From Eledone cirrhosa (Eukaryota), in assembly GCA_964016885.1 (NCBI GenBank), contig OZ024740.1, forward strand, positions 116,126,001 through 116,190,000: DNA of 64,000 nt. The letters run 5' to 3'. Under the pieces are notes generated by a model. It searched no databases, was not told the DNA's origin, and saw only the letters and a program-made list of their open reading frames with translations. A program made the position numbers and the translations under genes. Positions 1-14,755 of this stretch are shown one piece after another (positions within the stretch are counted from its first letter, which is position 1; each line of letters begins with the position of its first letter).

Positions 1-900
1 AAAGCAAGGAACTTATCAGGGCAACCAAGTTTCTGGAGAAACTTCCATAATGCATCTCTCTTAACAGTATCGAAAGCTTTTGTCAGATCGACAAACACCT
101 GATACAGATCCAAGCCTTGTTCCATGCACTTCTCCTGGAGCTGTCTAGCTGAGAAGATCATATCAGTAGTGCCGCGTCCAGCACGAAAACCAGATTGACT
201 TTCAGGAAGAACACAATCTGCAATGTGTGTCAGCAGACGGTCCAGAAGCACCCTACATAAAACTTTCCCTACGACAGAAAGCAATGATATACCTCTGTAG
301 TTCCCACAATCATTCCTGTTACCCTTTCCCTTGTACAAGACCACCATTACTGCATCTCTCCAGTCCTCAGGTACGGATTCATTAGCCCATATCCTGCCAA
401 ACAAAGACTGAAGATGTTGCAGGAGTCTCTCACCACCATATTGTAGGAGCTCAGCATGTATGTCACTCATACCTGGAGATCTTCCACTGCTCAGCTTCGA
501 AATAGCCACTGTAACCTCCACAAGCGTCGGAGGTTCTGAGAGAGCTACTTTCACAGGACTTTCTGAAATGAGATTGAATAAATCTTCACTGACGACAGAC
601 GGCTGATTCAAAAGATCATCAAAGTGCTCTCGCCACCTTCGTAGAATTCCTTGTGAGTCACGAAGAAGTTCTTTGCCATCCTTGCTGCGAAGTGGTGTCA
701 CCGGAGAAGAAGACGGTCCATAAACCTCACGCAAGAGACTGTACAACAGCTTTATGTTATTTGAATCTGACGCAGTTTGTATCTCACCAGCCTTCTCACT
801 CCACCACTGATCCTTCATCTGAGAAAGACTCCGCCTAACACGTGATTTTACATCCTTGAGTTCCTCATGCAACGTATTCCTCTCCTGTGGTTTTGCCGTC
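1..900 (-). mobile_element. RTE/BovB-like LINE ORF fragment (linker plus RT N-terminal part), runs off window start
   Basis: Manual minus-strand translation gives MKDQWWSEKAGEIQ, LRRWREHFDDLLNQPS, CGNYRGISLLSVVGKV, LPESQSGFRAGRGTTDMIFSARQLQEKCMEQ and FVDLTKAFDTV, typical RTE RT motifs. Confidence 0.9.
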
Positions 901-1579
901 AAGTAGCGTGACATTTTTAAAAAATAAAATGTGATTTGAGGACGATTTGTTTGCTATTTCTCCCAATTTGAACTACCATATAGAGACTCTTTCATTGTCT
1001 CACATGATGTCACAGTAAACGTGAGCCATGGTAGTTCTACTGAATTGAACTTCTCTAAATCTGGAAAATTACCCCAGAAGTCAAGTTTTTATCCCAATTA
1101 CTTAATCACCCCAGTCTGTCCTGCCATTGTGTTCCAGCCCTGGTCTCTGGTTACACACTGTGTGTAAGGGCTACTACACAACAATCCACTCCACATTAAG
1201 CCTATCACGCAACGGGCGTTTATCATGTGGGGTACAACTTTGAGGGGTTCAATAGACACTCAGTGTAGTAATAGAGTGACGTTTCAGCTTCCAGTACGTA
1301 AATTAAAATTCTGAGACACGAATTACATACCTTTTTTTCTTCATTACACCCTCCAATACACACACACTGACAGAGACACGCACACTCTACACTCATGCAA
1401 AAACATGAGATGAATATGCAGTATCTTTTTGCTTCAAAAGTTTTCTCTCTATGCTCATTTATGGGACTTTAACTCGTACTGGAATCTTCAGGCACCGTCG
1501 TGGCAAACGGCAATGATGGCGTGTCTTGGATATTTGAAATCTGGTGGAGCATATCTTCCACAAATACCGATTTCTTCCA

Positions 1580-1658
<79 letters not shown>

Positions 1659-1669
1659 AGAAGAAGAAT

Positions 1670-1790
1670 CGACCCCAGTACTTGTCTGATACTTTATTTA
1701 TCGACCTCGAAAGGATGGAAAGTAAAGTTAGCCTCGGCGAATGTTTGAATTCAGACGGAGGGAATACCACAAAGCCGACGTTTTAACGAC
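1670..1790 (-). mobile_element. degenerate tRNA-derived SINE (family A)
   Basis: tactttattatcgacctcgaaaggatggaaagtaaagttagcctcggcgaatgtttgaa matches the reverse complement of the family A core seen at 31401 and 48070. Confidence 0.65.
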
Positions 1791-3691
1791 TATGCTAATG
1801 TCCCGCCTTTTAAAAAGAATACCCTCGATGTCACTCACCACTAAACCCACATTAACCTTATCTTATCTTCCATGAAAATCTATTCAGAAAAAATTTTAAG
1901 AAAAGCTAGTTGAGATTTATTTCCTAAGGAGAAATCCTCTGCTTGTTATATTATAACATGAGTTATAAAATGTATGACGTATTTTTTGTCAATCAACTCT
2001 CATACTTATAAAGATACTCAACAGCATATAATATCAATTAAAAGATACTAGAAATACAAACATACTTTGAGGCTGATAGAGATTTACCACTTATTGGTTT
2101 TTAACAGGTGCAGTGGAGTTGTGTCAGTAACCAAGTCGTAGAAATTCGATGAAAATTCTAACAACTGAAGAAATAATTGAAAAATAAATGTACAAGTTTT
2201 TTTCCCTCATAATTTATCAAAATAGTTCTTCAGTGATTGCACTGCGTCATTGATAAATGAGTTTTAAATCTTTTTCTTCTAACAACATGCAGTAGCTACA
2301 ATGACGGATATACAATATATACCCGTATTAATCCTTTTGTTATCGAGCCACCTGAAACCACCCTTTATTCTATGATGCAAAAAAAAAACATCCAGCATAA
2401 TTTTATGTCACAATGTTTATAGAATTATGTTCCAAACACCAACTTAATGGTTTCTGATTTAAGCACAATGCTAACAATTTGAGGGAGGGAAAAAGTCGAT
2501 TAAATCGACTCCATTGTGGTACAGGTGCTATATTTTATCGACCCTGTAAGGGTGAAAGCAAAGCTAACATCGACGAGATTTAAATCCCAAACACCAACTT
2601 AATAATGAAAAAGTTGTTTATTTTATTACATCCTTGGAAATTCTTGATTATTTTCAAAATTGTTTAAAAATGATAGGCAATGCCTGTCATTTGAACTATA
2701 GTACTGAAAAGGACAATGGATACATTAATCATCGGAATTATGAAGCGATGTTCCATCATTATGTCGTCAAAGCTAATTATTCCAGAGTTCACTGCTTTTC
2801 ATACGGGCACTGTGGCTGTTGGGGGTTTACATCCTCGTCTATCTGCTCTTACAGCTATTTGTTGGGGATTCTATATTGTAGCCTCTTGTTTCAAATTAGT
2901 AGACCAGTCAAAACACCGGATAAAATGTTTTTTCGCAGTATTCGTTACAACTGTGTACGTTCTGAATCAACTTTGTCTTTCAACGTTCTAAGTAAAAATC
3001 CAGTGCTAGGATCGATTTCTCTTTCATCCTCTTTCATTCTCACTTTTCTCTCTGGAAGAAATAAGTTGGGTTCCGACCTGGAGAGGAATGGACTCTGCCA
3101 GAATTAATTGGATATGACACGCCATGTGTCACGACGGGGCCACCACAACTTTATTAGAAATTCAGAGTCCATGGATGGGTCTCTTACTAGACTGAGTCTA
3201 TGAGACACTATCTGTCAATTAAATCGATAACAGTACTTTAATGGTACTCTATTTTAACAACCCCAGGAAGATGTAAAGTAAACTTGAGCTCAGTATGATT
3301 TGAACACAGAACATAAACGGCAGGAATTAAACACCACACACCATTTCTAACGATTCTCTCAACCAACCACATGAAGACATTCTCCTATATACAAGCCTAC
3401 AAGCTAGGTAGATAATAGAGGAAGATAACATTAATAAAATATAATAAAACCACCAAACAAAAATATAAACAAAAGAATAAACCTGTAACATGAAGCAAAG
3501 ACACTTCAAAAGATTTGTTAATCAACACATTCTGTTAACGAGTTACTGAATGTTGATGCATTAAGTCCTGTCTTAAGATTATGAGAACAGAACAAGCTGC
3601 ACCACTGTACACCCCCCTCCCACTCTCAAGCGTGAACCTAATACTAACACTTTGTACTGCACTCTTCGCTTTGGTTTTGTTTTCTGTTTTA

Positions 3692-3757
<66 letters not shown>

Positions 3758-3797
3758 AGAGAGAGAGAGAGAGATACATATATGCACATATACATAA

Positions 3798-3872
<75 letters not shown>

Positions 3873-4834
3873 ACACACACACACACAAGCACATACATAA
3901 TCTATTCTGACAGCAACTGTTAAAGTTTGACAATATCAGCTTGGAAGTAATTATGTTTGCTACGACTTAATTAATCATTTCATTAATTTTCCTCTTTTAC
4001 AGAAAAAAATATTTCTACATATTCCTAGCTAAAAAAATGTGTAAATCATATTCTCCTGTATATATTTTTAAATAGAGATCACGCGACTGAGCTTAGATAA
4101 TACCACATGTTTAGAAACATCAAGCAAATACGTATGCCACAACAATAAAACTGTACTATCGTGTGTAGCTCTTTTTATTGTGTTTATGTTTCTAAAAGCT
4201 CCATATATTTCATGTATGCACAGAAGCAATAACGTTGCAGCTCACGAGATTCAAAACATTCTTTATCTTTCATCGAAATGTTAAATCCATTCATATCTTT
4301 TGTGTAGTTCTTAGCAATGGTGGGGCCTAGATAATTTTGTTGCCCCTTTCTCTCCCACTCCTACTCTCCACCGCTCTCTCTCTCCATCTCCCTCTATTCT
4401 TTCCCTGTTTGTATGTCTGCCTGTTTGCCCCCTATCTCTCTCTCTCTCTCTCTCCCTTCCTGGCACACTAATTCACGTGCGTCAAATTCCAGTCCAGATG
4501 GGTACATTGAATTGAAGAGATAGACGTTAGATATAGTACACACACATACATACACACACACAAACACACACACACATACACATATATTTAGACACACACT
4601 CTCACACATATACAAACATGTATATATACGCAAGCACACATACACACACAAAAACATACACTTATATTTTACAGTTTTTAAATTAGAAGCCTCGCTGTGA
4701 AAAGAATGAAGTGAAAGTACACTTTCTATTATACCCCCAGGGCACAGAAAGGAACAGAGATTATCTTTACGTATTTCTGTCGTTTCTTTAGTCTATAGGT
4801 TTTCTTTACACACAGACAGAGAGAGAGAGAGAGA

Positions 4835-5130
4835 GACGATTTAATATGGGACAGGGAAAAGAAGGCATACACAATAGTGGAAGTTAGCTGCCCAGCAGAT
4901 GCCAAACGAGAATATCTATGCAGAACTAATGAGAAATCTGTAGATACTCCACCCTGACTATACCTTCACATTTATACCGGTGATTATTGGGGCACTGTGA
5001 TATGTTAGTAACTGCCTCAGTACAAATCTTGAGAAGCTGAGCTTCATAGAAACAAGAACACAACTAGTTAGGAAATTACAAGTACAAACAATTAATGGAA
5101 CGGTAAAAATAGGTAAAATATTCTAAACAT
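4835..5130 (+). mobile_element. C-terminal restriction-like endonuclease (RLE) remnant of an R2/R4/NeSL-type non-LTR retrotransposon
   Basis: Translation across frameshifts gives DLIWDREKK.YTIVEVSCPAD..YAELMRNL..YTFTFIPVIIGAL..LQVQTINGTVKIGK, resembling the RLE PD..D..E(V)S.P and P(V)IIG(A)LG motifs. Confidence 0.65.
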
Positions 5131-5629
5131 TTTGCATCTAATAACTGCTTGTACACATGTACAGATACAAAGCATATACACATGCACACATATAACTCAA
5201 AGCATACACATCCTCACATACAATAACATCCATATCTGAACACACATGCATGCATGCATGCATGCAGACATGCAGACATGCAGACATGCAGACATATCTA
5301 CCTAGTTGATGTTGTGTAAATTCCAATGAGAGAGTATTGTATCCGTGTTAGAAACCGACTCTCTCTCTCTATTTGTAAAATTTCATAAAATTATAAAACC
5401 AGAAGAACATACATACACACACACATAGTGTAGTGGAATGTTGTCCGTTAAAGAACGGAAGGAAAGCACAAGTAAAGAAAGGTGCTCCTTAGATCAGGTA
5501 GAGAGAGTACTTCGTTATATTCAGTTAGATGTAACTTTTACATGCGTATTTCTATTTCGTTCGAGGTTGATATCGTCAGAAAGCTTTCAGACGATTCCAT
5601 CGCCGAATGAAGTATAACTCATGTAAAAG

Positions 5630-5664
<35 letters not shown>

Positions 5665-5666
5665 CG

Positions 5667-5757
<91 letters not shown>

Positions 5758-5869
5758 GATGTCGGACCAGCGTTGGTCCCGACGAAGAGTTTGAACAACG
5801 GAACAGCCTACAAGAGAAGTTAACATACATACGTGTGAACATTACAGAAACGCATGTAGCTATAACGTA

Positions 5870-6047
5870 ATAACGCAATTCTCGGGGAGATTCAACGTGA
5901 TACAGCTTGTGACTAATCTACCCCTTTGAATCACAAGCACTACTCTTATCCCTTCAGCTAAATTAAAGTGTCTTTTTGAACGAGAAAATGCACTGCCAGG
6001 AATCGAACTTACGATAGCGAGCTGATCACTTTAACTAAGCCATGCGC
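5870..6047 (-). mobile_element. tRNA-derived SINE (family C-like), degenerate
   Basis: Minus strand begins ggcgcatggcttagttaaagtg..atcgtaagttcgattcctgg, a tRNA-like head with A/B boxes. Confidence 0.55.
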
Positions 6048-6056
6048 CTCCACACA

Positions 6057-6109
<53 letters not shown>

Positions 6110-6115
6110 ACTCTT

Positions 6116-6197
<82 letters not shown>

Positions 6198-6202
6198 ACC
6201 CC

Positions 6203-6228
<26 letters not shown>

Positions 6229-6233
<5 letters not shown>

Positions 6234-6730
6234 AAAGAAATCAAAGAACGCCTACATACTCATACAATTTTTATTTGCTAACAATGTTTCATCCATACCA
6301 TTGAGCAGGAATCATCAAAGCTTTAAAAATAAAATTACAATGCTGAGTATAGGCTCTACCGAGCTTCGTCGCATGAACATTAGAAATACAATAGAGGGCA
6401 ACCAGAGGGAGATCGGAAATGGCGAGTATTGAGAGAGTTCATAGTGGGGTTGTTTTTCGGCACTACAGCTAAATGCAATGGTACAGGCAGATTTTTTCAA
6501 GATGCAGAAGCACGTGAGGGCATACAAAAGCAAAAAATATAAACAATTCCTGCCCAATGGTATGGATGAAACACTGTTAGCAAATAAAAATTGTATGAGT
6601 ATGTAGGCGTTCTTTGATTTCTTTTACATATAACGGCTCTGTTCTTGTACATTGAGCTTATACAATACTGTCATAAACACGACACGGTGCAGGTGCGTTT
6701 ATGCGCACACGCTCAGTGGTCTAAGTTTTC
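6229..6730. mobile_element. (TA)n-flanked element with ~85 bp inverted repeats (6229-6312 / 6546-6631); possible PLE terminal fragment
   Basis: gcaaaagaaatcaaagaacgcctacatactcatac..gcaggaat is mirrored by attcctgccc..gtatgagtatgtaggcgttctttgatttctttt. Confidence 0.6.
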
Positions 6731-6773
6731 ATATATATAAATATATATATATATATCTATATATATATATATA

Positions 6774-6870
6774 CAGGGAGTCCCTCCAAAATGTATACAC
6801 ACTTTGATTACCTGTGCAGGCAATATTTATTAGGATGCTGTTGAAGTGTCTATACATTTTTGGGACACCC

Positions 6871-6872
<2 letters not shown>
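6774..6872. mobile_element. Tc1/mariner-type MITE (~99 bp) in a (TA)n tract
   Basis: Left end cagggagtccctccaaaatgtatacacact; right end reverse complement cagggtgtcccaaaaatgtatagacact; TA-rich flanks. Confidence 0.8.
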
Positions 6873-6965
<93 letters not shown>

Positions 6966-7765
6966 TTATTAAAATAACAGATTAAAGTTTAAGCAAAGAA
7001 TCGTGGGAATAAACCTAAAATTAGTTACACCAACTATGCCATGTTTCAGTCAGATCTAATACCAGGCTATGCATATTTGATCTTGTAACGTTCTCTAAAG
7101 TGGTCATATTTAAATAGTTTTGTTGTATACTATGATAGTAGCCACAAGTGCCGCAGAAAAGCCATGGTATGTATTACTCCAGTGCAGTATGTATTTAGCA
7201 AGGAAGTCAATGTTAGTGATATTTTGGGATAGATGCGTGTTCTGTGTTCAACTGAACCGGATAAAGGGGGTCATTTTTCCTTTCAAAGTTTTGTGTTTTT
7301 ACATTGAGAAAAGTTAAGATATCTATTTTTCACTAGTTATTTAGTAACAAGAAGGTAAATAAATAAATATATATATATATAAACGAAACATGAATATATA
7401 AAGACAAAAATAGCAACAACGTGAAAACAGAGATGGTTACACCCACGATATAGTATTATGAGTTGGAGTAATAGTATCGTTATATGCTGGATTGAATGGT
7501 GTTGAAAGGTTGGTTGAACTTATATCATGTAAACCGAGATCGAACAACAACAGCAACAACAACAACCAGAAATCGTTTGATCTATTATGTATAATAGTAA
7601 AAGATGTATCCAATATATCCAATAATTTGATCATATGGCTTCGCAATCCCGTAGTTTCGTGTTCAGACCAACTGCATAGTAACTTAGTTCTAATATAGTC
7701 TCGGCTTGACCAAAGCTTTGTGTGTCAAATTTGGTAGACGAAAATTGTCGAAGCTCCTTATATAC

Positions 7766-7868
<103 letters not shown>

Positions 7869-8003
7869 GTGTAATAAATTCTTTTACAATGAAATTACCT
7901 CAAAGAAAGAAATATTTCTGAGCCGTGTATAAACTAATATATATGATGAAACACAAATACCAACATATCTGTATTTATATTGCAAAAGAATATATATATA
8001 TAT

Positions 8004-8149
8004 ATATTGTTATACTTTGGGAGGGTCATGTTGCCAATAAGAAACACATGCACCAGGCTTATTGGCAACATGACCCTCCCAAAGTATAACAATATCGGTT
8101 TCAACACACGATTTCAGATAAAGAATCTTGCTAAACAAATTCAGAAACG

Positions 8150-8203
<54 letters not shown>

Positions 8204-8476
8204 ACGTGTGTTGAAACAGATATTGTTATACTTTGTGTCACACAAAAACAAGAAGGTGTAGGACAGAACAAAGGAGAGACACAAAATAAAAACCGCCACT
8301 GGGTGGTCACAGAATGTGTGACGAAGGGACTTTGACAATATATAATAAACCATCCGGTTATCGAACCAACCAACCAACCAACCAACCAGCCAACCGGAGA
8401 CATAATAAATTGAAGTGAAATTCAAAAGGTGCGTGTGTTCTTATTGGCAGCATGACCCTCCCAAAGTATAACAATA
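8004..8476. repeat. nested inverted-repeat element; internal part also present inverted at ~23919-24040
   Basis: 38 bp perfect hairpin 8004-8041 / 8058-8095; the arm recurs at 8438-8476; 8080-8116 mirrors 8199-8235. Confidence 0.75.
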
Positions 8477-8480
8477 TATA

Positions 8481-8585
<105 letters not shown>

Positions 8586-9344
8586 TGTGTGTCTGTGTGT
8601 GTGTGTCTGTGTGTGTCTGTGTGTGTCTATGTGTGTGTGTATCGCGCCCATGTTTGTCTTTAACTTTATGCTTGTGTTTGTAATAACATACCTGTTCGAC
8701 AAAAAGATTGATAAAATGAGTTCGTGGGTTGATATTGTCAACTAAACCCTTACAATAACTGTGCATGGTCGGCCTCCGGTTGTATTGCTGTGGATACACT
8801 CGCTGGAGTAGACTCCACAGACGTCGGACGTCTGTGAGTGCCATGTCTGGATAACCTCAGTTCTTGATACTCTGGATTCATCATGGGTAAACGCCAATAC
8901 AAGTAACTACAGTAAAAGGCACTATTCATTTTATGCCCTTATATGGATGTCCGGAATCCAGTTTCATAGACACATTTCAATGAGAGAGAGATGGTTAGAA
9001 GTGAAGAGAGAGAAAGAGGGTTAAAAGAGAAGAGAGAAGTGAGAGAACGAGAGAAGAAAGGGAGGGGAGTAGAGAAGAGAGAGAGGGAAAAAGAAGAAAG
9101 ATAAGAGAAGAAAGAGGTAGGGGGAGAAGAGTAAAGAAAGAGGGGAAGAAGAGAAGATAGAAGACCAGTGAGAGTGGTGGAGGGGACTAGAAGAGAGAAG
9201 GAGACGAGTGATACGTTAGAATTAAAGAGAATATATGGGAAATACTCTGAAGCAAGTTTGATTGAACAAACAGAATAAGAGATAGTGAAGTTATAATCCC
9301 CCTGTCTATTTAGAAATACATAGAAGCTAATGCTTCCTTCCTTG

Positions 9345-9930
9345 TTTAAAGCATTGGCTTGTGATTCGCTATCAAGTCTCTTTATACTCTAATCCCCCAC
9401 GCCGAAGGTCTCATGGCCCTCCAGCATTTCCTTGACCTTAGACCATCGTCTCAACCTCCCACCTACATCCTTATCTGTCTGTCCGCGCTGGTCATCATCA
9501 TCAACTGTTTCTCTTTCCCGAATAAGATATACCAACAGACGATGTGGGATAACCATGAGTACAAGAATGAGCCCCAGCTATGCCAACTTATTCTTCTCTA
9601 CTATGTTGAGGCCCAAATCTTTTCCCAATATATCGGCCCTATTCCTGAACTATGCAGACATTCCTTAGCCAGATACACTTAGACACCATCAACGAACAAT
9701 GTCTACCAATACATACGTTGATACACACAAAAAAAAAAAAATTTAAAACAACATACACACACTTACATGTCATCTTTTTTTACCAATTTTTTTATTTTCT
9801 TATCTGAATTATTGTACTCCTGATGAAGGACTAACGTCCTTATAATTCGGACCTTTTCTCCCTCTTTTATCCAAAGCGTGAAACTAATAAGAATAATTGT
9901 TTTTGTATATATGTATTTGTCATTTTACAT
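9345..9930 (+). mobile_element. Penelope-like RT fragment plus 3' terminus with degenerate HHR (9820)
   Basis: SLYTLIPHAEGLMALQHFLD..INCFSF..YQQ..GITMSTRMSPSYANLF corresponds to PLE RT motifs (SLYT.IP; G.AMGT.M.P.YANLF). Confidence 0.8.
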
Positions 9931-10033
<103 letters not shown>

Positions 10034-10241
10034 ATGTATATATATTAGGGATTCCGTTCTCAACGTGAAATGATAGGGGAAATGTTTACAGATTTTCAAA
10101 ATATAAACATTTCCTTAAGATCAATGAACTCAGAACAATTACAATACTTTAAACTCTACTACTACTATAACTACTGGTTCTTATTCGTCTTACGTCTATT
10201 CTCGTTGTCTTCTCTGTCTCTCTCTCTCTATCTATCTATCG

Positions 10242-10340
<99 letters not shown>

Positions 10341-10345
10341 TATGT

Positions 10346-10510
<165 letters not shown>

Positions 10511-11043
10511 ATTCACATCCAACATGAATCCGAAGTCCCACACCGCCCCCAACTATTTATGTATTAGAAAATAAATAAATGTTTTCCTATCATAACTGAG
10601 TGACTTAAGAGGGAAATTTTAGTGTACACATGTTTGACTATCAACTTAAAAACCTTACTAAAGAAAACAATTTTTCCTCTTTTTTTGAAAACCTACAATG
10701 TTAAACGTATGGCGTATGAAGCTATGCGGCTATGAGGCTTGCTTATTCTGAAAGGGGCGTACAAAATGTGAAATGTTCTTTATATCAGCAAATAATGTGT
10801 TTTTTTAAGCTCCTCTGTAGTTCTATTATGTTTTAAAAGACTTTCTGTTTAGGCCATCAACACAGGTGCTTCTTCGATTTTTACTTATTACTTAACAAAC
10901 GCTGTGTCCTTCATCGCTGTGACTCATGTATTTACAGCTATGTCAACAGACTGGGAAAAGATAAGAAAACAGTCGTTTCTCGCCCATTATCACTTCGAAG
11001 AGCTCAACATGAGAAGGAGAAAGGAGCAGAGAGAGAGGAGAGA

Positions 11044-11134
<91 letters not shown>

Positions 11135-11389
11135 GAAGAGAGAGAAGTGGATATTTGCAAAGAAAGAAAGAGGAGAGAGAAAGAGAACTGATAATAGTTT
11201 CTTACATCTTACATGAAAGAAGCGAAAAAAAAAAACTATGATTAAAGTGTTTATTCTTTTCTAAATGTTTATAGAATATTTTAAATGATACTATAATATA
11301 AAAATCCACATAATCACAATTAATGTATTTATAACGAAAACACACACACACACACATTGATGTTAGTTATTTCTACACAGTTGTTCTTG

Positions 11390-11423
<34 letters not shown>

Positions 11424-11490
11424 CTCTCTCTCTCTCTTTATACAAACACACACCACACACACACACGTATATATACATATATATAAATAT

Positions 11491-11534
<44 letters not shown>

Positions 11535-11547
11535 GTATATATATGTA

Positions 11548-11580
<33 letters not shown>

Positions 11581-11598
11581 GTATGTATATATATATAT

Positions 11599-11658
<60 letters not shown>

Positions 11659-11676
11659 ATATATATATATACATAC

Positions 11677-11810
<134 letters not shown>

Positions 11811-11824
11811 ATATATATATATAT

Positions 11825-12058
<234 letters not shown>

Positions 12059-12085
12059 TATATATATATACATATATATATATAC

Positions 12086-12192
<107 letters not shown>

Positions 12193-12194
12193 CA

Positions 12195-12542
12195 TGGACA
12201 CACTGGAAGAGGAAGACCAAGGTTGACGTATGTTGATGCCCTAAGGAAAAACACTGGTCTGTTGGATACACAGGACATGGCAGCGATAAGTGTTTCTACT
12301 ATTGGCACAAGGCCAGCAATTATCCAGTACATTACTGGTACTCTATTTTATCGACCCCGTAAGGATGAAAGGCAAAGTTAACCTCGGCGGGATTTGAACT
12401 CAGAATGGCAAAGGCGGTAACTCTATGCGTCAAAGCATGGTGTCCGACCCTCTACCGATACTGCCAAATGGCAGCGATAATGAGGGCTAGAGACCGCTGG
12501 AGAGAATTCGTCCATGGATCTCGGGAATTTTACCCGCCCTAG
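12195..12542 (+). mobile_element. 3' end of an RTE-type LINE ORF interrupted by a family A SINE
   Basis: Removing the SINE gives [42 protein letters not shown], an RTE C-terminal GRP..(W/Y).D..DR..W motif. Confidence 0.7.
12290..12467 (-). mobile_element. family A tRNA-derived SINE with 13 bp TSD
   Basis: Near full-length match to family A; TSD atggcagcgataa at 12277-12289 and 12468-12480. Confidence 0.9.
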
Positions 12543-12554
12543 ATATGTATATTT

Positions 12555-12671
<117 letters not shown>

Positions 12672-12747
12672 TAGAGATATTTAACTAATAATTCTCAATG
12701 AATGAATATATGCACATGTGAGTGTGCACGCGCATATGTGCGTGTCG

Positions 12748-12793
<46 letters not shown>

Positions 12794-13399
12794 ATGTATG
12801 TACGTTTGTATGTGTGTGTGTTTAAGCAATATTTCTCAATGAATATTCATGACAAAACATACGATTCTAAAAACAATGTTATTTCTTAACTACAGTTCTA
12901 TGATTAGTTTTCAGCATGGTGCACTTATTGACCCTGTTCTTTTACTCCAGATTATGCTACACCAAAAAAATATCAGAATTCTTCTAACCTTTATAGTTTT
13001 CTTTAAGAGTGTTAGTTGAATGGAATAATCATTTATTCAGTATAAATTTTCACGGAGATTCTTTTTTCTATTCATCCTAGCTCATGTTGATTAGGATGTG
13101 TTCTCAAGCAGAATTTTTCTTCCCATCCCATGTTATTTTATCGTAGTTTCCAGCCAAGATTGTCCATACATCCACTGCTAGATTGGTGTAGATCCCAGTC
13201 ACACATCTCATGCATATATATACTGCCATAACAGTATATATATATATTCCGTATGTAAGGGTTTTTACCGTATTTTATAAGCTATTTTATAAGCATCACC
13301 ACACATGAGGACAACACTCTTTATATTAATATTAATATATATATAAACATGTATATATATATATATATGTGTGTGTGTGTGGAGGGGGGGGGGGGGTGT

Positions 13400-14190
13400 A
13401 TGTAAACATGTAGTGACATAGGCCTCGGTTGGATACTCCTGTCACCTGTCATTTCTGTCCTCCTGGTCATTCTTCGTCCTGGTTGTCCTTTTACATCATG
13501 GATCACAGGCCTCGCGCATCAGGACTGAACAAAGTCTGATTCACCGCCTTGAGTCCTATCCCCTCTTGGACTCAACTCACCCATTATCACAGCCCTAGAT
13601 TCCTATCGCTTTTTCTTGATCATTAACATCTTCTCTTACAACTAATACAGACCGACTCTATATGCTCACTCCACTTTTCCCTTCACAACTATACACACAT
13701 ACACACCCTTATATTAACATACTTTTGCTCATAGCTTCGTACTTACATGCACACACTCTTTTACTCACATATACACACACATTTCTTCTTAGCGTCGTAC
13801 GGACGTATATTAACACACACACACACACACACACATGCTTGTGCACGTGCACAAATATAGCTCTTTTTACAAAACGGTTTTTTTCCATTTCAGGTAGACG
13901 CGCTCCATCATCCTCTTTTCTAAAAAAATAAATCATACACAAAACGCTAGGACAAACAGTTTTGCAAGAGATGTCAACATGAATGGACCTGTTATTTTTA
14001 TCGAAAGACATTTTTTCCAATTCCAAACCGTCCGTCCTCTCAATCTATCTTATTTCTCATTCTTTCGTCTGATGAAGGACTAGCGTCCGAAACGTTAAGA
14101 CCCTCTTCCTGCTATATCAAGCGTTAACCTAATATATCCATTCCATATACTATACCGATTGTGTTGTTATTTCTGTTTACCTTTTACATA
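13400..14190 (+). mobile_element. PLE 3' remnant: GIY-YIG C-terminus, 3' UTR and HHR
   Basis: TEQSLIHRL..PLGLN-like end at ~13523-13577; HHR core at 14069. Confidence 0.6.
14064..14101 (+). ncRNA. minimal type-I hammerhead ribozyme motif (family 1)
   Basis: CTGATGA-A-GGAC-tagc-GTCC-GAAA-CG-TT-aagac; core intact, stem I imperfect. Confidence 0.65.
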
Positions 14191-14224
14191 CATATATATA
14201 TATATATATATACTATTACTGTTA

Positions 14225-14590
14225 TAGTTGTCCTCCGGTATTCGCGGGGGTTACGTACATTGAGTACTCGCGAAGCGTGAACATCCGCGAATATCGGACG
14301 TGGTACATAAACGTACCTATAAATGTCAAAATATAATGTGAGATATAATAAAAAAGACGGTATGTTGTTATTAATAATTCAACGTTAAAAAATATAGAAA
14401 GTCGATTAGATCGCTGGTGCTTTATTTATCGACCCTGTAATCATGAAAGGCAAAGTTAACCTCGGCGAGATTTAAAACATAATATATTGCTATGAAAAAA
14501 GCCTTTAAAATATCACGAAAGATATTTACGATCCCGAGATTATGCGTTGGTTTCCTCGAACAATTATTAGTAAGGTTCTAAGAAAACATT
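14225..14590. mobile_element. truncated Tigger/pogo-like MITE with an internal SINE fragment (~14400-14475)
   Basis: agttgtcctccggtattcgcgggggttac start; colinear with 15825-16174. Confidence 0.65.
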
Positions 14591-14755
14591 CTGAATTGGA
14601 AGGGGGTGCCACATTTGGTCAATTTAGTTGTAGTTATTAGTTTATCTCTTTGCACTCTCAAATAGTCAGAATACTTCGACATGCGATAAACATAACATGT
14701 ACATAATTGTAGCGCATATGCAAATAGATGTGTGTTTTGGTAGTTTGGGGAGAAA

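Noticed and set aside
2634-3107. 157-aa ORF
   Set aside because: No recognisable motif or splice context; compatible with chance
5580-5815. HHR-like fragments (cagacga..gaatgaag; ccgacgaag..ggaac)
   Set aside because: Cores too degenerate and stems not closable
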